Below, piece after piece: positions 45,049-53,277 of a stretch of 64,000 bases of DNA. The notes under the pieces were generated by a model. That model ran no database searches. It was not told the origin of the DNA and saw only the letters and a program-made list of their open reading frames with translations. The stretch covers positions 1,864-65,863 of the forward strand of contig JAUIEW010000001.1 in assembly GCA_030429365.1 (NCBI GenBank), written 5' to 3'. Source of the DNA: Phycisphaerae bacterium (GTDB lineage: Bacteria; Planctomycetota; Phycisphaerae; UBA1845). The stretch's first letter is position 1. Each line of letters opens with the position of its first letter. The translations under genes were made by a program, and so were the position numbers.

Positions 45049-47307
45049 ATGGCATCATTCGGTCAACCTCACAGGCAGATCATGTTTGGGCGGATCCCAT
45101 TTGGTCAGGTCTTGGCGGTGGTTCTGGTTTGTGTGGCATCGCTCGCGGTGCCGGGTTCAGTTGCGTTGGGTGAAGACGGTGATAATCAATCTGAGAAACT
45201 CGCGCAGCTTTACAGCGACTTTCTTCACTACGCCCGAATCGGCAAGTTTGCCGAAGCCGAAGCCAACGCAAGCAAGCTTCTTTCAGAAGAGAACATTGAC
45301 CCCGTTCAATTGATGCGTCTTGCCGATGCAGACACCGAAAGCATTCCGACATTGCTGACGTTAATCCGTCACACGTCGATGCGCGACACGGCGCAGAGAA
45401 TTCTTGATTTGATTCGCGAAGGTGAGTTCCGCGAACGGCAGGATGAATCGCGCATCATCAACAACATCGACAGCCTCTCCGGCACACCGCAGATGGAATA
45501 CAACGCGATCTCGCGGTTGCGTGAATCCGGCGAATACGCCGTTCCCGAAATGATTGCAGCGCTCAAGGACGTTTCGAAGGAGACATCCTGGCCACGCGTC
45601 ATTCGCGCTCTTCCGAAAATCGGTCGAGATGCCGTTGGCCCGCTGGTGATGGCGCTCGGTGACAGCGATTCAAACGTCCGCCGCAGTGTCGCATGGGCGC
45701 TCGGTGAGCTGGGCTATCCACAAGCGACACCATACCTGCTCAAGATCATGGATGCGTCGGATACGCTTCCAGAAACCCGTCAGAACATTGTCGAAGCGCT
45801 GCAGAAGATCGAACGCACGTCAGATCGCGCTCAGTTGGTCAATCTCGCCGATGCATTCGTTCGACTCGCCAACGATTACTACAACGAAGAAGGTTCCGTC
45901 AAAGCCGACCCGCGCGTTCCGCTCGCGAATGTCTGGTATCTCGACGAAGGAACCCTCGTGTCGAAGAAAGTCCCGACCGAAATCTTTGGTTCGGTGATGG
46001 CCATGCGCACCTGCGAAGAAGCCTTGATGGTCGATCCAGGTAATCAACTGGCGATTTCGCTCTGGTTGGCTGCGAATATCCGTCGCGAAGCCCGCTTGGG
46101 CATGGACGTCGAAAGCGCCGAAGCCGATGCCGGCAGCGATGCCGACCCGACCCGCGGTGACGACTTCCCCCGAAGCCTGTATTTCTCGCAGGCGGCAGGT
46201 CCGATGTATTGCCATCTCGTTCTTGGTCGCGCGGTTGCGGACAACGACAAAAGCGTTGCCCTCGGCGCGATCGCAGCGCTCGATGTGGTGGCTGGCTCGA
46301 CTTCGCTAATCGGTACCGAAGATTACAAGCAGCCGCTCGTGCAGTCGCTGCGTTTCCCGGATGCCGAAGTTCGCATCAAAGCGGCCATCGCGCTGGCCCG
46401 CGCTTTGCCGAAGTCGCCGTTCGCCGGTTCCGATCTGGTCGGACCGACGTTGGCTGAAGCGCTTCGTCTTGGCGGCACCACGCAGATCGCTTTGGTCGAT
46501 GCCGATTCAAGCAATCTCAATCGCTTGGCGGGTGAGTTTCGAAGTGGTGGGGCAGATGCAGCCGCCGAATCGAACCTTGCCGCTTCGCTTGATCGCGCCC
46601 GTCGCGATTTTCAATTCATCGCCGGAATCGTTTTGTCCACGAACATGACGTCGCCGAAACTCTCCGAGGCGGTCGACATGATTCGCCGCGAGTATCGTTT
46701 CGCCCGCACGCCGATCGTCATTCTCTCGCACCCCAATGAAGAGTATCGTGCGAAGGAAGCATCGGTCGGCCGCGACATGGTGGAGACGATTGAATCCAAC
46801 GCCGGTTCGCCTGAGATCCTTAAGAAGATCGAAGACATGCTTGCTGAAAACGGATCGGCGATGGGTGGTCCTCAAGATGCCTCGCTCGCATTGCGGGCAG
46901 CCGAAGCGCTTCGGTTGGTGGCGATTGACGGTCGAACGGTGATTGACATTCGTCCGGCGATTCCGGCATTGGTTGGGGCGCTTGCGGAGGAAGATGAATC
47001 GCTCCGCATTCGCGCGGCACAGGTGCTGGCGCTGACGTCATCGGCGAATGGACAAAAGGCGATCTGCGAAACAGCGCTTGACGCCGAGAGTTCACCGTCG
47101 GTCCGAATCGCAATGTTCAACGCATTGGCAGAAGCCGCCAAGCATCAGGGGAATGATCTTGACTCCGAGCAGATTCAGCGGCTCGTAAAGCAGGCGGCGG
47201 ACAATTCTGATCTTGCCCTGAGGACGGCTGCCAGCCAAGCACTAGGGGCGCTGAACCTCGCCGTGAGTGAAGCCAGCGAAATCATCCGCAATCAGCACAA
47301 GGGCTAA
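45049..47307 (+). CDS. Secreted HEAT/PBS-lyase-repeat protein
   Basis: GGAG lies 6 nt upstream of ATG 45049. Signal-like VLAVVLVCVASLAVPGSVALG. Repeated ..VR..AA.ALG.. HEAT-like units (e.g. GDSDSNVRRSVAWALGELGYPQATPYL). Confidence 0.75.
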   Translation: MASFGQPHRQIMFGRIPFGQVLAVVLVCVASLAVPGSVALGEDGDNQSEKLAQLYSDFLHYARIGKFAEAEANASKLLSEENIDPVQLMRLADADTESIPTLLTLIRHTSMRDTAQRILDLIREGEFRERQDESRIINNIDSLSGTPQMEYNAISRLRESGEYAVPEMIAALKDVSKETSWPRVIRALPKIGRDAVGPLVMALGDSDSNVRRSVAWALGELGYPQATPYLLKIMDASDTLPETRQNIVEALQKIERTSDRAQLVNLADAFVRLANDYYNEEGSVKADPRVPLANVWYLDEGTLVSKKVPTEIFGSVMAMRTCEEALMVDPGNQLAISLWLAANIRREARLGMDVESAEADAGSDADPTRGDDFPRSLYFSQAAGPMYCHLVLGRAVADNDKSVALGAIAALDVVAGSTSLIGTEDYKQPLVQSLRFPDAEVRIKAAIALARALPKSPFAGSDLVGPTLAEALRLGGTTQIALVDADSSNLNRLAGEFRSGGADAAAESNLAASLDRARRDFQFIAGIVLSTNMTSPKLSEAVDMIRREYRFARTPIVILSHPNEEYRAKEASVGRDMVETIESNAGSPEILKKIEDMLAENGSAMGGPQDASLALRAAEALRLVAIDGRTVIDIRPAIPALVGALAEEDESLRIRAAQVLALTSSANGQKAICETALDAESSPSVRIAMFNALAEAAKHQGNDLDSEQIQRLVKQAADNSDLALRTAASQALGALNLAVSEASEIIRNQHKG

Positions 47308-47338
47308 GAAACCCCGAATTTCAAAGACGACACGAGCG

Positions 47339-47486
47339 CGGGTGCCCCATCCTTCCAGGATGGGGGACTGATGAGCGCTCGAGGTCTCTCGATTCTCAAT
47401 GATCGTGTGTGTCGATACCAGTTCTGTGGTTATCGCGCATTTGTCAGTCCCCCACCCTTCCGCTGCGCTCAAGGGCGGGGCACCCG
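47339..47486. repeat. Inverted hairpin doublet element, copy B
   Basis: Left arm gcgggtgccccatccttccaggatgggggactga. Right arm tcagtcccccacccttccgctgcgctcaagggcggggcacccg. Lies between the HEAT gene stop and the leuS start. Confidence 0.85.
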
Positions 47487-47630
47487 GTATCCGGTGGTTC
47501 TACGCATGCTGGCATCGCTGGTGTTGTTGTGAATCATTTCCGCGTCAGATAAACTCCTCCACTCCATTTATAAACGCGATCGCGAGGGCACTTGCTCGGC
47601 GGCGCGAGACCCTGGCAATTGCGGTGTATC

Positions 47631-50501
47631 ATGCAAAAAACTTCAGAGCAGGCGGTGGCTGGTTACGATCCAGCCGCCATCGAACCCAAGTGGCAGGCCT
47701 ATTGGGAGGAGCACAAGACCTACCGTCAGCCCAACCCCGGCGACGAAGGCTTCGATGCGTCCAAGCCTAAGCGCTACATCCTCGACATGTTTCCCTATCC
47801 GAGTGGAGCCGGGCTTCACGTGGGACATCCGCTTGGTTACTGCGCGACGGACATCTACGCCCGCTACAGTCGCATGCAAGGTTACAACGTGCTGCACCCG
47901 ATGGGCTACGACGCGTTCGGTCTGCCGGCAGAACAGTACGCGATCGAAACGGGCGTGCATCCGGCGATCACCACCGAAAAGAACATCGCCAACATGCGGC
48001 GTCAACTCAAGATGTTCGGTTTCAGCTACGACTGGGACCGCGAACTCGCGACGTGCACACCCGACTACTACAAGTGGACGCAGTGGATCTTCCTGCGCCT
48101 CTTCGACAGTTGGTTCGACGCGACTTGCGAATGGACCGATCCGACGGGCCGTGCGACGGTTGGCCGGGCGCGACACATTTCTGAATTGATCGAAGCGCTT
48201 GATCAAGGTGAACTCGATATCGATGAGAGCGGGGCGATCGACCACGGCCCGCAGGGTGATTCAACGCGCTGGTCGTCGCTCGATGCCGATGCGCGCAAGC
48301 GGGCGGTCGATCAATGCCGGCTGGCGTTCGTCGACGAAGTTCCGGTCAACTGGTGTCCGGCGCTGGGAACCGTGCTCGCCAACGAAGAAGTGACCAACGA
48401 AGGGCGCAGCGATCGCGGAAATCATCCGGTCTTTCGGCGTCCGCTGCGTCAATGGATGCTGCGCATCACCGCATACGCCGAACGCTTGATCAGCGATCTG
48501 GAACTCGTGGATTGGCCCGAACCGATCAAGCTCATGCAGCGTAATTGGATCGGACGAAGCACGGGTGCTGAAGTTGATTTCCCCATCGCGTCGGGTGGGG
48601 CTGACGCGCCCGCGATTGGCGACTTCGCGCAGTGGCAAGCCGCCCGCGCGACTTCGGGTTTCGGTAAGTCGGCTGACGATTCGGTGATTCGCGTTTATAC
48701 GACGCGGCCCGACACGCTTTTCGGTGCGACGTACATGGTGCTCGCGCCCGAGCATGCCCTCGTCGAACGCATCACCACGCCGGAGCAAAAGGGTGCGGTC
48801 GAGGCGTACGTGAAGTCCGCGGTGAATAAGAGCGATCTCGACCGGACGGCTGACACAAAAACGAAAAGCGGCGTGTTTACCGGTGCATACGCCTACAACC
48901 CGGTCAATGGAAAGCAGATTCCGATCTGGGTCGCGGACTATGTGCTGATGGGTTACGGCACCGGAGCGATCATGGCCGTCCCGGGTCAGGACCAGCGCGA
49001 CTGGGATTTTGCGACGAAGTTTGAACTGCCGATCATTCGCACGGTTGAACCGCCAGACGACTTCGATGGCGAAGCGTACATCGGCGAGGGTCCGGCGATC
49101 AACAGCGGCATGCTCGACGGATTGGAAATCGCACCGGCCAAGCAGAAGATTATCGAGTACCTCGAATCAACGGGGCAGGGTCGCGGCGCGGTCAATTACA
49201 AACTGCGCGACTGGATTTTCACGCGGCAGCGCTATTGGGGCGAACCGTTTCCGATTCTGCATGGTCCCGATGGCGAGATGGTCGCGATCGCGGATGATGA
49301 ATTGCCCGTCGAATTGCCGGAAGTCGAAGAATACAAACCGACCATTTCGCACGATGAGGATCATCTGCCCGAGCCGCCGCTGAGTCGCGCGACGGAGTGG
49401 AAGACGGTCGATCGCGATGGCGTCGAGTACCTGCGCGATTTGAACACGATGCCGCAGTGGGCGGGTTCGTGCTGGTATTACCTGCGCTTCCTCGATCCGC
49501 AGAACGCGAGTCGATTCTGTAGTCGCGAAGCCGAAGATTACTGGATGCCGGTTGATACGTACGTCGGTGGCGCCGAACACGCGGTGCTGCATCTTCTTTA
49601 TGCCAGGTTCTGGCACAAACTGCTGTTCGACTTCGGTGAAGTGAAGACAGCCGAACCCTTTCAGAATCTGATCAACCAGGGAATGATCCAGGCGTTTGCG
49701 TATGAAGATTCGCGCGGTGTGAATGTAATCCTCGACGATGTCGAAGAGTGTGACGGCGCGTATTATCGCAAAGGTGGCGGCGAGCAGCTGACGCAGATCG
49801 TCACCAAGATGAGCAAAGCTCGTCGCAACGTTGTCAATCCCGACGACATCATCGAGCAGTTCGGAGCCGACGCGTTTCGTTGTTACGAAATGTTCATGGG
49901 CCCGCTCGAAGCGTCGAAACCGTGGAACACACGCGACGTTCCCGGCGTGTATAAACTGCTCAACCGCATCTGGCGTTTGTATGTCGACCAGGATACTGGC
50001 GCGTTGTCTCCGCAGATGACGGCTGAGCCTGCCGACGAGCAAACGCTGCGTACGCTGCACAAAACGATCAAGAAGGTTGGCGAGGATATCGACTCTTTCA
50101 AGTACAACACTGCCATCGGGCAACTGTTCGAGTTCGTCAACTTCATGACGCCGTTGGAGACTCGGCCACGCGAAGTGCTGGAAAAATTCGTACTGGTGAT
50201 TGCGCCATTCACACCGCACATCGCCGAGGAACTGTGGTCGCGTCTGGGGTTTGAAGGCAGCGTGTCGAAAGTCAGTTGGCCGGTCTACGACGAAGCGCTG
50301 GCCAAGGATGACACGGTCGAGATCGCGGTGCAGTTGATGGGCAAAGTCAAAACGCGCATCCAGTTGCCAGCCGACGCGGATGGAAAAGCGCTGGAGGAAC
50401 TGGCGCTGGCTGAGCCTGCGGTGCAAGCGCTGATCGAAGGCAAGACCGTGCGGAAAGTCATCGCCATCAAAGGACGTCTGGTCAACATCGTCGCCAACTG
50501 A
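47631..50501 (+). CDS. leuS: Leucine--tRNA ligase
   Basis: FPYPSGAGLHVGHPLGY (HIGH), KMSKARRN (KMSKS), and full-length collinearity. ATG 47631 gives the conserved N-terminus. Confidence 0.95.
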   Translation: MQKTSEQAVAGYDPAAIEPKWQAYWEEHKTYRQPNPGDEGFDASKPKRYILDMFPYPSGAGLHVGHPLGYCATDIYARYSRMQGYNVLHPMGYDAFGLPAEQYAIETGVHPAITTEKNIANMRRQLKMFGFSYDWDRELATCTPDYYKWTQWIFLRLFDSWFDATCEWTDPTGRATVGRARHISELIEALDQGELDIDESGAIDHGPQGDSTRWSSLDADARKRAVDQCRLAFVDEVPVNWCPALGTVLANEEVTNEGRSDRGNHPVFRRPLRQWMLRITAYAERLISDLELVDWPEPIKLMQRNWIGRSTGAEVDFPIASGGADAPAIGDFAQWQAARATSGFGKSADDSVIRVYTTRPDTLFGATYMVLAPEHALVERITTPEQKGAVEAYVKSAVNKSDLDRTADTKTKSGVFTGAYAYNPVNGKQIPIWVADYVLMGYGTGAIMAVPGQDQRDWDFATKFELPIIRTVEPPDDFDGEAYIGEGPAINSGMLDGLEIAPAKQKIIEYLESTGQGRGAVNYKLRDWIFTRQRYWGEPFPILHGPDGEMVAIADDELPVELPEVEEYKPTISHDEDHLPEPPLSRATEWKTVDRDGVEYLRDLNTMPQWAGSCWYYLRFLDPQNASRFCSREAEDYWMPVDTYVGGAEHAVLHLLYARFWHKLLFDFGEVKTAEPFQNLINQGMIQAFAYEDSRGVNVILDDVEECDGAYYRKGGGEQLTQIVTKMSKARRNVVNPDDIIEQFGADAFRCYEMFMGPLEASKPWNTRDVPGVYKLLNRIWRLYVDQDTGALSPQMTAEPADEQTLRTLHKTIKKVGEDIDSFKYNTAIGQLFEFVNFMTPLETRPREVLEKFVLVIAPFTPHIAEELWSRLGFEGSVSKVSWPVYDEALAKDDTVEIAVQLMGKVKTRIQLPADADGKALEELALAEPAVQALIEGKTVRKVIAIKGRLVNIVAN

Positions 50502-50521
50502 TCAACGCGGATCAAAAACAT

Positions 50522-51091
50522 ATGAGTCAGGAACTCGAAATCAAGATCAAGGTGGATTCGCACGATCCGGTCCGCGAAACGCTTCAGCAGAGTGGCGGCG
50601 AATTTCAATGCTGCGTTTTGGAAGTCAATCGATTGTTCGATGACATGAAAGGCGACCTGCGCAAGCGCGGGGTAGCGTTGCGCATCCGGGGGCGCAAGTC
50701 GATCAAGGGTCCCGAACAATACGCCTGCCTGACGTACAAGGGGCCGGCACACGGCGGCTACTACAAGTCGCGAGAAGAGCACGAGGTCAACGTTTCGGAC
50801 GAGGCGTCGCTGCTATTGATCCTCAGGAACCTTGGGTACCGTGAGACGTTCCTGTTTGAAAAGCGCCGCGAGACCTGGAAACTCGGCGAAGCGACGGTGG
50901 AACTGGACGAAGTGCCGGATCTGGGAACGTTCGTCGAAGTGGAAGCAGCCAGTCGCGATGAGATCGATGCGATCTGTAGCCAACTGGGTCTGGATCGAAG
51001 TGCCGCCGTCGAGGAAACCTACGCGGGCCTGCTCGCTGCCAATGCGGTCGACAAGACCTTTTCACGCATGGAAGTCCGCTTCAAACCTTAG
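50522..51091 (+). CDS. CYTH-domain protein (class IV adenylate cyclase / triphosphatase-like)
   Basis: ELEIKIKV ... ALRIRG ... LTYKGP ... REEHEVNV ... VELDEVPDLGTFVEVE fits the CyaB/CYTH pattern. Confidence 0.75.
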   Translation: MSQELEIKIKVDSHDPVRETLQQSGGEFQCCVLEVNRLFDDMKGDLRKRGVALRIRGRKSIKGPEQYACLTYKGPAHGGYYKSREEHEVNVSDEASLLLILRNLGYRETFLFEKRRETWKLGEATVELDEVPDLGTFVEVEAASRDEIDAICSQLGLDRSAAVEETYAGLLAANAVDKTFSRMEVRFKP

Positions 51092-51460
51092 CTGGTGTTC
51101 CTAAATTCACAGGCAGATGTGACGTTTTCAGCGATTCTAAGTGTTTTATTTTACGGCACTTGACAGAAATCGCCCATCACCCCACATTACGCGGATCGGG
51201 CACGGTTCTGGGGTGCAATCCCCACATTCCGCGTATCCGAATTGAATCAAAACTCCCGACGTCGCAGAGCACCATGCGTCGTTCGATCCATAGGTGATTT
51301 CGATGATGAATCGTGCGGGTCTGACTGTCTTATTGATCGTTTCCTGTGTCGCGTGTCTGGCACTCGTTGCCCGGGCGGTTGGGCCCACGCGCGTGACCGA
51401 TTCGACGCCTCTCGTTGCGCAGCAAAACAACTAGAACATTCCTAATCCAGTCGTAGCCAC

Positions 51461-51510
51461 AGCGCCGTCATTCCCGCGCGGCGGCGATCGGGCGCGGGAA
51501 TGACGGCGCT
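51461..51510. terminator. Perfect 19-bp inverted repeat between convergent transcription units (possible bidirectional terminator / REP)
   Basis: agcgccgtcattcccgcgc - 12-nt loop - gcgcgggaatgacggcgct. No T-tract. Shares its core with 4477-4545. Confidence 0.5.
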
Positions 51511-51527
51511 TATGAATCTATGGCGCT

Positions 51528-52538
51528 CTAGTGGTTCCACAGGTACATGAACGGCGCCTTGGCGGCCATTTCGTTTGCACCCAGATCGACATTCAGCAGA
51601 GTGACACGGCCTGTCACCGGATCTCGGTCCTCGCGGGCGTAGTAGTTGGCCGCTTGCAAGTGGGGGCGGCGATACGAAATGACTTTGGCCTTCTTCACGC
51701 CGGCTTTCTCTTTAGCAAGTTCGATGGCGTCGCGGACGGAACCGATGCGGTCGATCAATTTGTGCTCGAGCGCCTGGCTTGCGGTATACACGCGGCCGTC
51801 TGCGAGCGTTAGAACTTCTTCGCGCGACAGTTCAGGGCGACCTTCGGCAACGACGTCGACGAATTGGCCATAGAGTTCGTTGATGATGTTTTGAAATATT
51901 TCGCGCTGTTGCGGTTCGAGTTTTTCAAACGGTGACCCCGCCGCCTTCTGATCGCCCGACTTGATCGTGTTGGCCTTGACGCCGATCATCTCCATCGTCT
52001 TGGTGACTTCCATCGTCTGCATGACCACGCCGATGCTGCCGGTCACCGTCGACTTGCAGGCCATGATTTCGTCGGCTGCACAGGCGATGTAGTAACCTCC
52101 GCTGGCCGCAACATCCATCATCATCGCGACGACGGGTTTACCTCTGGCCCGCAGGCGTTTGATTTCGTAGTGCATCAACTCGCTGGCCGTGACGGTTCCA
52201 CCGGGCGAATTGATGCGCAGGACCACGCCTTTGACGGCGCTGTCGCGGCGTGCGGCATCGAGTTGTTCGGTCAGTTTCGCGACCGGGTGTTCACCGTTGG
52301 TGAGAAGTCCGCTCTTGCGGGCGTTGGTCATCACGCCATCCATTTCGATGATCGCGATCTTGCCGTCGGCAAATGCCGATTCGCTGAAGAGGACGCGTTC
52401 CTTGAGTTCCGGCTGGGAACTGACCGGGGTGACGAGGAAACTGTCGGGAAGGCAGCCGACAGTCGTCAGCAGCATCAGGCCCAACATGGCGATGGTTGAT
52501 TTTTGTAAGTACGTTCTAGTCAATCGTGTGAAGCGCAT
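51528..52538 (-). CDS. sppA: Signal peptide peptidase SppA (S49 family, 36K type)
   Basis: VVLRINSPGGTVTASE ... AASGGYYIACAADEI ... TGSIGV ... SGDQK. N-terminal TM or lipobox. Confidence 0.85.
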   Translation of the reverse strand: MRFTRLTRTYLQKSTIAMLGLMLLTTVGCLPDSFLVTPVSSQPELKERVLFSESAFADGKIAIIEMDGVMTNARKSGLLTNGEHPVAKLTEQLDAARRDSAVKGVVLRINSPGGTVTASELMHYEIKRLRARGKPVVAMMMDVAASGGYYIACAADEIMACKSTVTGSIGVVMQTMEVTKTMEMIGVKANTIKSGDQKAAGSPFEKLEPQQREIFQNIINELYGQFVDVVAEGRPELSREEVLTLADGRVYTASQALEHKLIDRIGSVRDAIELAKEKAGVKKAKVISYRRPHLQAANYYAREDRDPVTGRVTLLNVDLGANEMAAKAPFMYLWNH

Positions 52539-52680
52539 ATGATCCCCCGGCTGTTATGATCTTGCGGGCGTCGCGAGTTTCGGCGCGACGCATCGACTGA
52601 ACATGGTAGATAAACCCCGGTCGGTTGCAAAGAATTTACCTTGCGCCGGCAGGTGGGCGGATGGTTGGAGATGCAAACAC

Positions 52681-53055
52681 ATGCAGATGACGCGTGAGGA
52701 GTTTGAAGAATGCGTGGACGATGCACTGGATCAAATTCCCGCGTCTTTTGCGCCGCACATGACGAACGTGTTGATCGAGGTCGCGGACATGCCCAACGCG
52801 AGTCAGTGCAAGTCGGTGGGCATCAGCAACCCCCGAAACCTGCTCGGGTTGTACAGCGGCGTGCCCATGACGAGCCGCAGCGTCGAGCACAGCGGACGAA
52901 TGCCCGATCGGATCTTTATCTACCAAGCCAACATCCAGCGAATCTGCAAAACGCGCGAGGCGCTGGTTGAGCAGATTCGCAAGACGGTGTTGCACGAAGT
53001 TGGGCATCACTTTGGCTTGTCGGAGGAGGATCTCGAAGAATTGGGATACGGTTAG
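52681..53055 (+). CDS. Zincin-like metallopeptidase family protein (small, HExxH)
   Basis: C-terminal VLHEVGHHFGLSEEDLEELG is typical of the small putative Zn-peptidase family. Start set at ATG 52681. Confidence 0.65.
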   Translation: MQMTREEFEECVDDALDQIPASFAPHMTNVLIEVADMPNASQCKSVGISNPRNLLGLYSGVPMTSRSVEHSGRMPDRIFIYQANIQRICKTREALVEQIRKTVLHEVGHHFGLSEEDLEELGYG

Positions 53056-53107
53056 CGCGAGGGGCAGATAGTGCACGAGAGTTGTGCCACTGCTCTGTGA
53101 GCAGTGC

Positions 53108-53252
53108 CGGGTGCCCCGCCCTTTCAGGGTGGGGGACTGACATTCACTCGTGGAATCAAGAATTGGTTTTGATATTAGTGCATGTGTTGAAAGGGATATC
53201 CTAAAGACTTTGACGTTCATCAGTCCCCCAGCCTGGAAGGCTGGGGCACCCG
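53108..53252. repeat. Inverted hairpin doublet element, copy C
   Basis: Left arm ccgggtgccccgccctttcagggtgggggactga. Right arm tcagtcccccagcctggaaggctggggcacccg. Lies between convergent genes. Confidence 0.85.
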
Positions 53253-53277
53253 CGCGCATGAAGTTGTGGTCATCCCC

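Noticed and set aside
44507-45058. 183-aa minus-strand ORF upstream of the EPS locus
   Set aside because: It shares wobble positions with a plus-strand lipoprotein ORF that has a strong GGAGG RBS, and it would overlap the start of the divergent HEAT gene. I kept it as an ambiguity in the findings rather than as a feature.
49167-50426. 419-aa minus-strand ORF
   Set aside because: It is antisense to leuS. The product is Arg/Gln/Phe-rich and motif-free, so it is a shadow ORF.
51146-51430. 94-aa minus-strand ORF in the CYTH-sppA gap
   Set aside because: The product is Cys/Thr/Arg-rich with no motif. It lies opposite a more plausible, though still weak, 43-codon plus-strand ORF.
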